NCBI GenBank assembly: GCA_965223505.1
Contig: CBDCWP010000021.1
Location: 352,001 to 416,000 of the forward strand
Direction of reading: 5' to 3'
From: Planctomycetota bacterium
Lineage (GTDB): Bacteria; Planctomycetota; PLA2; JAEUHO01
Length of the DNA stretch: 64,000 bases
Part shown: positions 11,060 through 22,000 of the stretch, piece after piece
How positions within the stretch are numbered: position 1 is the stretch's first letter
Layout: every line of letters begins with the position of its first letter
The notes under the pieces: generated by a model
Databases searched by the model: none
The model's input: the letters and a program-made list of their open reading frames with translations, nothing else
Told to the model about the DNA's origin: nothing
Translations under genes and position numbers: made by a program

Positions 11060-12655
11060 CTACTTCTCTCGCTGGACGTACTTGCCGCGCCCGATCTCGG
11101 CGAGCTTTTGGAGGAAGAGCTCGTCGACGTCCTTGCCGTGTCCGATTCCGATCACGTGGATGCGTGCGTTCGCGACGGAGTTCCAGTCGCGAACCGCTTC
11201 CAGGATGCGTTCGGGGTCGGTGACCTTGCCGCCGGTCGGCTTCCCGTCGGTGAGGAAGAAGATCGTGTCGAAGTCGGGCGTGCCCGTTCCGCGGAGGATC
11301 AACCGGAAGCCGGCTTCGAGCGCGTCGTGGATGTTGGTGAGACCCACGGGCTTGATCTCGTTGATCCAGCGGCTCAGCTTTTTCTTCGTCGTGTCATTGG
11401 CGTGCACGACGCTTCGCGCGCTCCAGGGTACGACGCTGTGGTTGAACACGATCACGTTGAAGTAGGCGCCGTCGTCCAGGCCGTTCACGGCGCCGGAGAG
11501 CTCTTCTCGGAGCGTGACGATCTTGGCGTCGTCTCCACCCGGTCGGCCGCGCTTGCCCGGCGCCCAGTTCATGGACGCGGACACGTCGACGATGTAGAGC
11601 AGTCGATTGCTGAACGTGTGGATCCCGTAGAACGTCTTGCTCTTGTCTTCCGGAACGACCGTTGGCGTCGGACAGGGGTCGGGGGGCATTTGGAACGACT
11701 CCTCGGCGTCCGTCCACCACGCGGACCACGGCTCGAAGTAGGGGCCGTGCGTCTGGCCTGTCATCGACACGAGGGCTTCGCGCGCGTCGTCGCGCAGGCG
11801 GCCGAGGTTGTCACGCTTCAGGAAGTCGATCATCGGCGCGATGCCGCGCCGGTCGTGCATGAGCTGGATCGCGGCGATGGCGGCCGCCACCAGCAGGAAC
11901 TCACTGGTCGCCAGCTCGAGGAACGAGAATGCCCGCTCGAGCACGAGGCCGTCGCGGCGTCCGGCGAGCGCGTTGAGTGCCGCGACCCGCGACGTCAGCG
12001 CGACGTCGGGGTTGCCGAGAGCGACGTGGAGCTCCTTGGTGACCGCCGGGCGTGCGACGGGCGCCAGCGTGTCCATCCAGCGCATCGGGCCTTCGGGATC
12101 CTTGCCTTCGAGCCACAACGAGCGCAGATCGAGCAACGCCGTCTCCAGGTCTTCGTCGGGCAGCTTCCGGAGAATCGATGCCGCGACGTCGGTGGCCGAG
12201 TCCAACAGCGCCCGATTGGCCCACCAGTGGTTCTCGAACGCTCTGGCGGCCGTGCGCGCCTCGTCGAGCTGCTTGGAGAGCTTGCGCTCCGCCTTGTTGA
12301 AGGCCTCCATGTCGCGTTCGGAGCGTTGGCTCTCCTCGAACTTGCGTCGGATGGCATCGAGCTTGTCGAGCAGCTTCTCGTACTCGCGTTCGGCCCGCTC
12401 CTGCGCGTTGCCGATCTTGTCGCCTTCCGCCCGCACCTTCCGGTAGCCGTTGAGCAGCTCTTTGAGTGCTTCGGCCTCCGGGCGTCCTCGAAGGCTCTCG
12501 AACGCCCTGGCCTTCTCGCCCGCGTTCTTCGACTTGAGCCGAGCCTTGAAGGCGTCTCGCGCCGTGCTCCACGGCGGAAGGGACCCATCGGTGTGCGCGA
12601 CGGAGCCGGTGCAGAGCATCGCCCCGAGCATGAAGATCGTCAGAAGAGTTCGCAT
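11060..12655 (-). CDS. Secreted VWA-domain protein with coiled coil and HEAT-like repeats
   Basis: Signal peptide; MIDAS elements DVSASM, TNIHDAL and FFLTDG; TFYGI motif. Confidence 0.85.
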   Translation of the reverse strand: MRTLLTIFMLGAMLCTGSVAHTDGSLPPWSTARDAFKARLKSKNAGEKARAFESLRGRPEAEALKELLNGYRKVRAEGDKIGNAQERAEREYEKLLDKLDAIRRKFEESQRSERDMEAFNKAERKLSKQLDEARTAARAFENHWWANRALLDSATDVAASILRKLPDEDLETALLDLRSLWLEGKDPEGPMRWMDTLAPVARPAVTKELHVALGNPDVALTSRVAALNALAGRRDGLVLERAFSFLELATSEFLLVAAAIAAIQLMHDRRGIAPMIDFLKRDNLGRLRDDAREALVSMTGQTHGPYFEPWSAWWTDAEESFQMPPDPCPTPTVVPEDKSKTFYGIHTFSNRLLYIVDVSASMNWAPGKRGRPGGDDAKIVTLREELSGAVNGLDDGAYFNVIVFNHSVVPWSARSVVHANDTTKKKLSRWINEIKPVGLTNIHDALEAGFRLILRGTGTPDFDTIFFLTDGKPTGGKVTDPERILEAVRDWNSVANARIHVIGIGHGKDVDELFLQKLAEIGRGKYVQREK

Positions 12656-12937
12656 CGGCGGCTGATTCTAGGCTATTTCGGGTGCCGACGCGTGGCCTCA
12701 GGGCGCGCGGATTCTCGGCATCCGCCCGGAAGGACCGGGTCTTGCGGGACGACCCGCCACCCGCCTAACGCCGCAAGAACGACACGAGTCGTTGGAGCCG
12801 ACGTTCGGCGCACGAGGACGGACCATCGACTCCAATCGGCGGGCCCTGGGGGAGCGGCGGCCGGCGCCTGCCCAGCGCCGTCAGAACGACACGAGTGGAC
12901 GACTTCGCGGCTACGATCCCCATGCTCCGCCCGGCGC

Positions 12938-13027
12938 GGAGGGATGGCCGAGTGGTCGAAGGCACCGGTTTTGAAAACCGGCGTACCCTCACAGGTACCG
13001 CGAGTTCGAATCTCGCTCCCTCCGCCA
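12938..13027 (+). tRNA. tRNA-Ser(TGA), long variable arm, encoded CCA
   Basis: GGAGGGA/TCCCTCC acceptor stem, anticodon arm CCGGT-TTTGAAA-ACCGG, variable arm GTACC/GGTAC, T arm GCGAG-TTCGAAT-CTCGC, discriminator G plus CCA. Confidence 0.96.
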
Positions 13028-13152
13028 TTACATGGCCCTTAGAGGCCGATTCCGCGCGTTTCAGCTCCGTCGGCGGGGGCCGTCACTCGTCCACCCGGAC
13101 GCGCTCAGGGGTGCCGAAGCGCGCCTAGATCGTTCCCCAGTAGTTCCCCAGC

Positions 13153-14448
13153 GTGGCCGTCGTGCGTCACGAGTCCACGCCACCGGCTATGCTCGGGACC
13201 GAAGAGATGGCCTCAGGTTCTGCGCCGGTGTCTACGGCGGGGCGGGTCGAGGTGGTGAGCGATGGGGAAGAGGCGGAGCCAGATGCTCGGAGGGCAGGTG
13301 CGGCGGTGAGTCTGATCGACCAGATGCTCGCAAGCCCGCCAGGAGACATGGGTGGGGCGATCGCGGCGAACCGCCTCGCCTACCAGCGGCTTTGGGCGAT
13401 CTGCCGGATCTTGGAGCTGCACGGTGGCGGCCAGGACTATCGGATCGTGTTCGAGTGGCACGATGACGTCTTGGAGCTTGATTCGGCGAGCGCTCCGAGT
13501 GCCGTGACTCTGTATCAGGTGAAGACCCGCAAGGGGGCAAAGGCCTACACCGCGGGAGAACTGACAAGGAGGCACGGCAAAAAGAACCCGCGCTCATGGC
13601 TCGGAAAGCTAGTCGCCCATGGATTTGGCGCATTCAAGGCCTCGGTGGCGAGCATGGTGTTCGTGAGCGCGCCCGGGTGCAAGTTGAAGATGGGCGACGG
13701 GACTGCCTGTTTGGATGCGCCCAGGGCGTGCCTCATCCACGCTGATGAAGATACGCTCGAGGAGATCAAGACCAAGCTCGCGACCGAACTCGGCGTCAAG
13801 GAGGCTCAGCTTCCGCTTGATCGTGTCTTCCTTTGGAACGCTGGCCTGGACTTGGACGACACCGAGAGCCATACGCTTGGCCGGCTCGCGCGGTTTCTCG
13901 AGGAGCACTTCCCAAAGGTCGTAGATGCGAACGCTCTGTTGAAGACGCTGCTGCGCGAGGCGAACCGCCGATCGTGCAAGGAGGCCCACCCAGCTTCGGA
14001 AGCCGAGCTATACGCCGAGCGGTCCATCGCCCGGGCGGACCTCGCCAAGATGCTCACCGACGCGGGGGCCTATGTCGGTCTGGACGCCTTGCGCGACAGC
14101 ATCGAGCGGCGCCTAAACGCAGACGGTGTGCCCCCCGGCGTCGTGGTCCGCACACTGCTAGAGTGCGAGACGTACTGGCTGGATCGCCGCGCAGACTCCT
14201 CGGCCCTCCTAGCCGATTCAAGGCAGCAGGTCATGGAGCGGGTCCGAGAACTCCTCTCCGCTGCCCCCGAGTCAGCCTCGACGCTATCCGATGTCGTGGG
14301 CCGGTGCCTTGCGCCGAAGACGCAGGAACTCGGCGCGCTTGAGGGTGCCAAGAGTACGACCTACATGAAGGCCATGGTCATGGTGGAGTTCTATGAGCAA
14401 TCACACGTTCCGCCGGCTGATTCGCAGCCTGAGGATCCGCGCGCATGA
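13153..14448 (+). CDS. lmuA: Lamassu effector LmuA-like: Cap4/DUF4297-type dsDNA endonuclease with C-terminal helical domain
   Basis: GGAIA..LAYQ..WA..VFEWHDD..YQVKT is a PD-(D/E)xK pattern of DUF4297 type; ATGA overlap with an SMC-like ATPase. The real start is probably downstream (ATG 13207 or GTG 13306). Confidence 0.78.
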   Translation: MAVVRHESTPPAMLGTEEMASGSAPVSTAGRVEVVSDGEEAEPDARRAGAAVSLIDQMLASPPGDMGGAIAANRLAYQRLWAICRILELHGGGQDYRIVFEWHDDVLELDSASAPSAVTLYQVKTRKGAKAYTAGELTRRHGKKNPRSWLGKLVAHGFGAFKASVASMVFVSAPGCKLKMGDGTACLDAPRACLIHADEDTLEEIKTKLATELGVKEAQLPLDRVFLWNAGLDLDDTESHTLGRLARFLEEHFPKVVDANALLKTLLREANRRSCKEAHPASEAELYAERSIARADLAKMLTDAGAYVGLDALRDSIERRLNADGVPPGVVVRTLLECETYWLDRRADSSALLADSRQQVMERVRELLSAAPESASTLSDVVGRCLAPKTQELGALEGAKSTTYMKAMVMVEFYEQSHVPPADSQPEDPRA

Positions 14449-16154
14449 GCGACTTGCGATTCGAAAGCATCAGGCTGGTGTCGTTCCTAGAGCGAAAGTC
14501 GAGGCTGATCGAGTTCCACCCAGAGATGACCGCACTGGTCGGAGCGAACGGAAGAGGTAAGTCCGCGATCCTGAAGTCCTTGTACGCCACGTTGGGCGCC
14601 AACCCCTGGAAGGTCACCAGGGGGTGGCGAGAGGCGGGCGTACATAGCTGCCTAACCTTCACGCTTGGGGGCAGGCGGTTTCGAATGCTGCACGATGGGT
14701 CAACCCACACCCTGTTCGGTGAAGGCGACGAGGTGGTCGGGATGTTCGCAACGCATGGCGCGCTGGCTGAGTTCTACGTGCAGTTCCTTCGCTTCCCGAT
14801 GCGCCTTCAAACGCGGGAAGGGCCTGGGCGACAGGCGTACCCCGCGATGCTCTTCTTGCCCTACTACTTCGACCAAGACAAGAGTTGGGGGGACCCGTGG
14901 CTGTCGTTCCAGGGGCTGACGGCGTTCCGCGATCACCGTAGACATGCCGCACAATTTCATGCGGGCATTCGTCCGAAGGAGTATTACGACGCACTGGCGA
15001 GTCGAGACGCCGCGCAGTCGCGCGTCGGAGAGCACGTGTATCAGCGCAAGGTACTCAAGCGCACCTTGACTGAGGTGCGGAGAAGGATGGGGGTCGCAGA
15101 CTTCGACTTGGACCTAGATCGCTTCAAGGAGGAGTTGGCCGAACTCTTGGAACTATGTGAGGAGCTGCGGGCAAGGGAGCAGGAGTACAAGGCCAAACTC
15201 CTTAAACTCTACGACAAGAGGTCCGTACTCGAGACCCAGCTCGCCGTGGGTGGGAACGCGCTGGCGGAACTGCAGGCCGACACAACTTTCGCTGATCGGT
15301 TGAGTGAGGCAGAGGTGATGTGTCCCACCTGCGGATCCACGCATCTCAATGACTTTGGAGCACGCTTCCAGATCGCCGCGGATGAAGGGCGCTGCCGCGC
15401 CCTGGTGGCGGATGTGCAGACGCAGCTCTTGAAGCTGCGGGTCAAGATCGAGCGGTTGGAGCAGGAGACGTCTGCCGCGGGCCATGAGCTGTCGCAGGTG
15501 CAGCAGTTGCTTGAGCGAAAGCAGGCGGATGTCAAGCTGCATGACTTGCTTCGGAGCGAAGGGCGAGCCGAGTTGAGGGACGTCCTAGCCTCAGAGGTGT
15601 CTGAGCTTGACAAGCAGGCGGGCGAAGCAACGGCGCAGGTGGAGAGCGCTGTCGAGACGATCAGGGCACTCACTGACAAAGAGCGAGCCAGGAAGACTCG
15701 TGCAGAGTGGCAAGGCTTGTTCCATCGCAATCTCAGCGAGCTTGGTGTTGACGAGGTGGTGCCCGATTCGACGCGGCAAATGTGGTCGCCGATTCAGGCG
15801 AGTGGGTCCCGGACTCCTCGCGCGCTCTTGGCGTTCTACTTCAGTTTCTTGGAACTCGCGCGCCGGCACTCCACGAGCACCTTCTGTCCCATCGTCATCG
15901 ACTCGCCCAAGCAGCAGGACCCCGATTCGGCCAACTGGCAGCGGATGCTCGCGTTCATACGTGACCGCAGACCCTCGGGAGCGCAGATTGTCCTCTCGGC
16001 AACGGACCTCGCGGGCGTGGACATGGGGGGCTCCGTGATCGAGCTGTTGGAGCATCGCCAAGTGCTGTCAACGGATGAGTATGCGGACGGTGCCGCGGAA
16101 GTCTCCGCCCTTCTCGACATCGCGAGCCGATTCGCGGAGGAGCAGGGAGCCTAG
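14445..16154 (+). CDS. lmuB: Lamassu LmuB-like SMC/Rad50-type ABC ATPase
   Basis: Walker A GANGRGKS, YFDQD, coiled coils with central CPTCG zinc hook, SGS signature, Walker B IVIDSPKQQD. Confidence 0.82.
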   Translation: MSDLRFESIRLVSFLERKSRLIEFHPEMTALVGANGRGKSAILKSLYATLGANPWKVTRGWREAGVHSCLTFTLGGRRFRMLHDGSTHTLFGEGDEVVGMFATHGALAEFYVQFLRFPMRLQTREGPGRQAYPAMLFLPYYFDQDKSWGDPWLSFQGLTAFRDHRRHAAQFHAGIRPKEYYDALASRDAAQSRVGEHVYQRKVLKRTLTEVRRRMGVADFDLDLDRFKEELAELLELCEELRAREQEYKAKLLKLYDKRSVLETQLAVGGNALAELQADTTFADRLSEAEVMCPTCGSTHLNDFGARFQIAADEGRCRALVADVQTQLLKLRVKIERLEQETSAAGHELSQVQQLLERKQADVKLHDLLRSEGRAELRDVLASEVSELDKQAGEATAQVESAVETIRALTDKERARKTRAEWQGLFHRNLSELGVDEVVPDSTRQMWSPIQASGSRTPRALLAFYFSFLELARRHSTSTFCPIVIDSPKQQDPDSANWQRMLAFIRDRRPSGAQIVLSATDLAGVDMGGSVIELLEHRQVLSTDEYADGAAEVSALLDIASRFAEEQGA

Positions 16155-16353
16155 TTCGGTCGAGTCCCGCGGTCGTCCTCCCCCACGTGGCAGCGCCCTC
16201 CCGGCCTCTTCACGCGTGGCGCCGTCGCGCCTAGTGGCTTGACAGCCGCCGACTCTGCGGACACAAGTGGTGCCCGGCTCGTACCTTAGGCGAGCCGCAG
16301 CCGACGAAGTGCCTAGCGCGGGCCGCCTGATGGCGCGCGAGCAAGGGGGCGGG

Positions 16354-17838
16354 TTGATCACGGGAGAACTACGGTCCAAGGTTGACCGCATCTGGGACAC
16401 GATGTGGTCCGGCGGGATCTCGAATCCGCTCTCGGTCATCGAGCAGTTGACCTACCTGCTCTTCATCAAGCGGCTGGACGAGCTCCAGACCTTGAAGGAG
16501 CGGAAGGCAGCGCGCACGAAGAAGCCGATCGAGGATCCGATCTTCGGGCCGGACCAAGACGAATTCCGCTGGTCCCGGTTCAAAGAGACGGCGCCCGAGG
16601 TCATGTTCGCGACTGTCAAGGACGAGGTCTTCCCATTCATCAAGACCCTCGGGCAGAAGGACGACGACGACGGAGAGGGGGCGTCGACCTACACGCACCA
16701 CATGAAGGACGCGATCTTCATGTTCCCGAAGGCCAGCCTCCTGGCGAACGTGGTCGACCAGCTCGACGGCATCGAGATGGCCGACATCGACACGAAGGGC
16801 GACCTCTACGAGTACATGCTCGGGAAGATCGCGAGCGCCGGGCAAAACGGTCAGTTCCGAACGCCGCGCCACATCATCAAGCTCATGGTCGATATGACGA
16901 CGCCGACGCCGAAGGATGTGATCTGCGATCCCGCGTGTGGAACCGCGGGATTCCTCATTGCCGCTTCCGAATACATGAAGGAACACCACGGCGACGCGAT
17001 CTACAAGGACGCCGTATCCCGTCACCGCTTCAACGAACGGACCTTCCACGGCTACGACTTCGACAGCACAATGCTCCGAATCGGGAGCATGAATATGCTG
17101 CTCCACGGGGTCGAGAACCCGGACATTCGATATCGGGATTCGCTTGCGCAGGCCGACGATGACGACGCCGAGAGGTTCTCGTTGGTGCTGGCCAATCCGC
17201 CGTTCGCCGGAAGTCTGGACTACGAGTCGACCGCGAAGGATCTGCTCCAGGTCGTCAAGACGAAGAAGACCGAGCTCCTGTTCTTGGCGCTATTCCTCCG
17301 TCTGCTGCAGATCGGGGGACGCGCCGCCGTCATCGTCCCCGACGGCGTTCTGTTCGGTTCGTCCAAGGCACACAAGGCGCTGCGGAAGATGCTCGTCGAG
17401 GATCAGAAACTCGACGCCGTGATCTCGATGCCCTCGGGGGTGTTTAAGCCGTACGCCGGTGTCTCGACGGCGATCCTCGTCTTCACGAAAACGAACTCGG
17501 GCGGCACCGACAACGTCTGGTTCTACGACATGCGGGCGGACGGCTTCTCACTCGACGACAAGCGCACGCCGCAACCGGGGAAGACTGACCTCCCCGACAT
17601 CCTCGAGCGCTGGAAGAGCCGGGACGCCGAGGGCGATCGAGCGCGGGCCGACCCGAGCTTCCTGGTCCCGAAGGCTGAGATCGCGGAGAACGACTACGAC
17701 CTCTCGATCAATCGCTACAAGGAGGTGGTGTACGAGCCGGTCGAGTACGACCCACCGAGTGTGATCCTGGATCGGCTGGCGCAGCTCGAGGACGAGATCG
17801 CGAAAAAGCGTGAGAAACTCGAGGGCCTGCTCGGATGA
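16354..17838 (+). CDS. hsdM: Type I restriction-modification methyltransferase subunit
   Basis: TTG start giving MITGELRSKVDRIW; GQFRTPRHII, DPACGTAGFL, NPPF. Confidence 0.95.
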   Translation: MITGELRSKVDRIWDTMWSGGISNPLSVIEQLTYLLFIKRLDELQTLKERKAARTKKPIEDPIFGPDQDEFRWSRFKETAPEVMFATVKDEVFPFIKTLGQKDDDDGEGASTYTHHMKDAIFMFPKASLLANVVDQLDGIEMADIDTKGDLYEYMLGKIASAGQNGQFRTPRHIIKLMVDMTTPTPKDVICDPACGTAGFLIAASEYMKEHHGDAIYKDAVSRHRFNERTFHGYDFDSTMLRIGSMNMLLHGVENPDIRYRDSLAQADDDDAERFSLVLANPPFAGSLDYESTAKDLLQVVKTKKTELLFLALFLRLLQIGGRAAVIVPDGVLFGSSKAHKALRKMLVEDQKLDAVISMPSGVFKPYAGVSTAILVFTKTNSGGTDNVWFYDMRADGFSLDDKRTPQPGKTDLPDILERWKSRDAEGDRARADPSFLVPKAEIAENDYDLSINRYKEVVYEPVEYDPPSVILDRLAQLEDEIAKKREKLEGLLG

Positions 17839-19007
17839 GGCCTAGTGAGCGCCCCATCGGCGACCTGGTCGACAAGTGCGCGACCTGGAACCCGAAGCAC
17901 AACGGCTGCGACACCTTTGACTACATCGACCTCAGTTCGGTCGACAAGGACGTCAAGGCGATCACCGCAGTCGAACGCCAGGCGTGTTCAGAAGCGCCGA
18001 GTAGGGCGCGGCAATTGGTCGAGTCTGGGGATGTCTTGGTGGCGACCGTTCGACCCAATCTCAACGGGGTGGCTCTCGTGGGTCCTCCTCACGGCGGAAT
18101 GACGGCTTCCACGGGATACTGTGTCCTTCGCCCCAAGGGGTGGCTGCTCGACTCCCACTACCTGTTTCATTGGGTGAGAACCAGCGCATTCGTCGAGCGC
18201 ATGGTGAAGATGGCGACGGGAGCCAACTACCCCGCTGTGTCCGATGCGAAGGTCAGGCGTTCGGGCATTCCCTACGTTCCCATAGCCGAGCAGAAGCGGA
18301 TCGCCGCGATCCTGGATGCGGCGGACGCCTTGCGGGCCAAGCGCCGCGAGTCCCTCGCCGAGCTCGACGCGCTCGTTCAATCCGTCTTCCTCGACATGTT
18401 TGGGGACCCCGTCACCAATCCGATGGGGTGGGAGATGGGCTCCCTCAAAGATGTCACGGAGAAGATCACCGATGGCACACACAAGACACCTGCGTACACC
18501 GAGTCTGGGATCGAGTTCCTCTCCGCGAAGGATGTAAGGGACGGTGAAATCCGGTGGAATACCGGGAAGTTCATCAGCCCTGAAGAGCATGCACACCTCA
18601 TCAGGAGGTGCAATCCAGAGCCGGGTGACCTGCTCTTGGCCAAGAGCGGATCACTGGGGTCTGTGGCGGTCATCGACAGGGACCATGAGTTCAGCTTGTT
18701 CGAGAGTCTGTGCCTCATCAAGCGTGATTCAAAGAGGGTCGACGCCTCCTTTCTCGCATGCATGCTTGGAAACCCGACGATGCAGGTGCATCTGCTGCGA
18801 AAGAACAAGGGTGTCGCGGTTAGACACCTACATCTCGTAGATATCCGTGGACTTCAGATTCTGGTGCCACCGATGCGTCTGCAGCGCGAATTCGCTGCCA
18901 TCGTGGCAGCCGTTCAGGAGCAGAGACTCAGGCAGCGGGAGCATCTAGCCGAACTCGACACCCTCTTTGGGTCCCTGCAGGTCCGCGCCTTCGACGGAGA
19001 GTTGTAG
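17835..19007 (+). CDS. hsdS: Type I R-M specificity subunit
   Basis: Two TRDs with conserved spacers (EQKRIAAILDAADALRAKRR..SVFLDMFGDP; PPMRLQREF); ATGA overlap with hsdM. Confidence 0.95.
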   Translation: MRPSERPIGDLVDKCATWNPKHNGCDTFDYIDLSSVDKDVKAITAVERQACSEAPSRARQLVESGDVLVATVRPNLNGVALVGPPHGGMTASTGYCVLRPKGWLLDSHYLFHWVRTSAFVERMVKMATGANYPAVSDAKVRRSGIPYVPIAEQKRIAAILDAADALRAKRRESLAELDALVQSVFLDMFGDPVTNPMGWEMGSLKDVTEKITDGTHKTPAYTESGIEFLSAKDVRDGEIRWNTGKFISPEEHAHLIRRCNPEPGDLLLAKSGSLGSVAVIDRDHEFSLFESLCLIKRDSKRVDASFLACMLGNPTMQVHLLRKNKGVAVRHLHLVDIRGLQILVPPMRLQREFAAIVAAVQEQRLRQREHLAELDTLFGSLQVRAFDGEL

Positions 19008-19012
19008 GCCCC

Positions 19013-22000
19013 ATGGACGTGTCGGCCAACTTCGACTTCCTGAAGCAGGAGTTCTTCCATGCTGCGGAAAGCGCGAGCTACGCCGAACACCAGGTCTACC
19101 GCGATCCACGCGCTGCCTGTTTCCACGCCCGACACGCCCTCGAACGAGTCGTCTCCCGCGTCTTCAAGGTCGACAAGACTCTCGATCCGCCGAAGACGAC
19201 AAACCTCGACGGCTACCTGCACGACGCGTCGTTCCGTAAGCTGGTCCCCGAAGCGGTCTGGCAGAAGGCCGAGTACGTCCGCAAGGCGGGAAACCGCGCC
19301 GTCCACGGCAAGATGATGCCGTCACCGGAGGCGGCCCTGGCAGTGGTCAAGGAGCTGTTCCACGTCTTCTACTGGGCCGGGCGCACCTACCTACGAAGGG
19401 GTGCCGAGGAGCTCAAGGGGCGAAACTACGACGAGGCCCTGGTCCCGCGATCGACGCCCACATCAGACCCGGCTAGCGTGGCGGAGCTGGAGGTGCTGAA
19501 GGCCAAACTCGACACAGCGGACGCCGAACGTCAGGAGCAGGAGGCGGAGCTCAAGAAGCTGCGGGAGCGCATCGCCGCGATCAAGGCCGAGAATGAGGCC
19601 GTCCCTGACGCCCACGACTGGAACGAGGCCGAGACCCGAAAGCGCCTGATTGACCTGGAGCTCCGTCGAGCAGGCTGGACCCTCGAGGGGGAGGACGACC
19701 GCGAGTACCTCGTCACCGGCATGCCCAACATTGACGAGAAGGGCTACGCCGACTACGTCCTCTGGGGCAATGACGGCAAGCCCCTCGGCGTCGTTGAGGC
19801 GAAGAAGACGATGGTCGACCCCAAGGTCGGCCGGCAGCAGGCGAAGCTCTACGCCGACTGCCTGCAAAAGATGCACGGCCAGCGCCCGATCATCTTCTAC
19901 ACGAACGGGTACACGACCCACGTCTGGGACGATGCCTTCTATCCGCAGCGAGAGGTCGCCGGGTTCTACAAGAAGGACGAGCTCGAGACGCTGGTCCGGC
20001 GGCGCGAGCAGCGCAAGCCCCTAGACGTCGCCCAGGTGAAGGACGCGATCGTCGAGCGGTACTACCAAAAGCGGGCGATCGGGAGCATCTCGCAGCAGTT
20101 CGTCGAGGCTCGTCGAACGGCGCTCCTGGTCATGGCAACCGGGACCGGAAAGACGCGAACGGCAATCGCACTCGTGGACCTGCTCCAGCGCGCAGGATGG
20201 GTGAAACGGGCCCTGTTCCTGGCCGATCGTGTCTCGCTGGTGAACCAGGCCGTGGGGGCGTTCAAGGCGCACCTTCCCGAGTCGAGTCCCGTGAACCTCG
20301 TCACTGAGAAGGACAAGACGGGGCGGGTGTATGTCTGCACCTATCCCACGACGATGGGGCTGATCGACGAGACGAAGGGGGACGAAGCCCGGTTCGGCGT
20401 CGGTCACTTCGACCTTGTGATTATCGACGAGGCCCACCGCTCGGTGTATCAGAAGTACAGCGCGATCTTCCGGTACTTCGACTCCCTACTGGTCGGCCTC
20501 ACGGCTACCCCGCGCGAGGACATCGACCGCAACACATACGAGCTCTTCGACTTGGTCTCCGGCATGCCGACGGACGCCTACGAGCTGGAGACTGCCGTCC
20601 AGGACGGCTACCTCGTTCCGCCTCGGGTCGAACAGGTTGACCTTAAGTTCCCGCGGGAAGGCATCGAGTACGACTCCCTCTCGGACGAGGAGAAGGAGCA
20701 GTGGGAGAGCCTGGACTGGGGCGACGACGCGACTCCGGGCGGGTTCCCACCCGGCGTAAGCGCATCGTCGGTCAACAACTGGCTGTTCAACAAGGACACG
20801 GTCGACAAGGTCCTCCAGCACGTGATGGAGCGCGGGCACAAGGTCGAAGGCGGGGACCGCCTCGCCAAGACGATCATCTTCGCGAGGAACCACGAGCACG
20901 CCGCCTTCATCGAGGAGCGATTCGATCACCACTACCCCAAGCACGCCGGCCACTTCGCCCGCGTCATCGACAATCAGGCGAAGTACCCGCAGAGCCTGAT
21001 CGACGACTTCTCGCAGAAGGACAAGGCGCCACACATCGCGATCTCGGTAGACATGCTGGACACGGGCATCGACGTGCCGGAGGTCGCGAACCTAGTCTTC
21101 TTCAAGCCCGTGTACTCGAAGATCAAGTTCTGGCAGATGATCGGGCGCGGGACGCGCCTCTGTCCCGACCTGTTCGGGCCGGGGAAGGACAAACAGGACT
21201 TCCGGGTCTTCGACTTCTGCTTCAACTTCGACTTCTTCCGTGAGAACCCAGACGGGATCGAAGGCGGAGCCACCGTTCCCCTCGCTACGCGCCTCTTCCG
21301 TGCGCGTGTCGAGATGCTCTCGAAGGTGCAGGCCGACGCCAAACTCAACCCCAGTGGCAAGCTCGGGACCTCGCTCACGACGCAGCTGCGTGACGAAGTC
21401 GCCGGCATGAACCGAGAGAACTTCATCGTTCGGATGCATCGGGAGGCCGTCGAGCGCTTCCGTGGGCCGGATGCCTGGGACAAGCTCACCGACGAGGACA
21501 GGGTGGCGCTCGATCGGCTGGCCGAACTGCCGAGCGAGATCGAGACGGATGAGATCGAATCGCGCCACTTCGACCTGACGGCGCTCCGGATGCAGCTCGC
21601 GTTCGCCGAGGGGGACCACGGCACGTTCGAACGGCACCGGCAGAGGGTTATCGAGATCGCCCAGCTCCTCGAGGACAAGTCCGCGATCCCGGCCGTCAAG
21701 GCCCAGCTTCCGTACCTTGCGTCGATCCAAACAGACGGCTTCTGGGACGGGCTGAACCTCGACCTGCTCGAAGACCTCCGCCTTCGCCTTCGTGGTCTGA
21801 TGCCGTTCCTCGACAGAACGAAGCGGAAGATCGTCTACACGGACCTCCAAGACGAGGTGAAGTGCGTCCGAGAAGGGGAGATCTTCCAGGTCCCGAAGAT
21901 GACGGGCGTCCAGTACGCGAAGAAGGTCGCTGAGTACCTCGAAGGCCACCGGAACCACATCGTGATCCACCGCCTGCGGAACAACGAGCCGCTCACGGAA

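Noticed and set aside
7546..11223. Long antisense ORFs (e.g. 7546-11223, 4634-6880, 57069-60461, 40209-42662)
   Set aside because: Shadow frames of high-GC genes on the opposite strand with no domain motifs of their own.
12938..13027. tRNA-Sec (selC) serving the candidate selenoproteins
   Set aside because: The anticodon is TGA (reads UCA, Ser), not TCA, and the acceptor stem is the canonical 7 bp.
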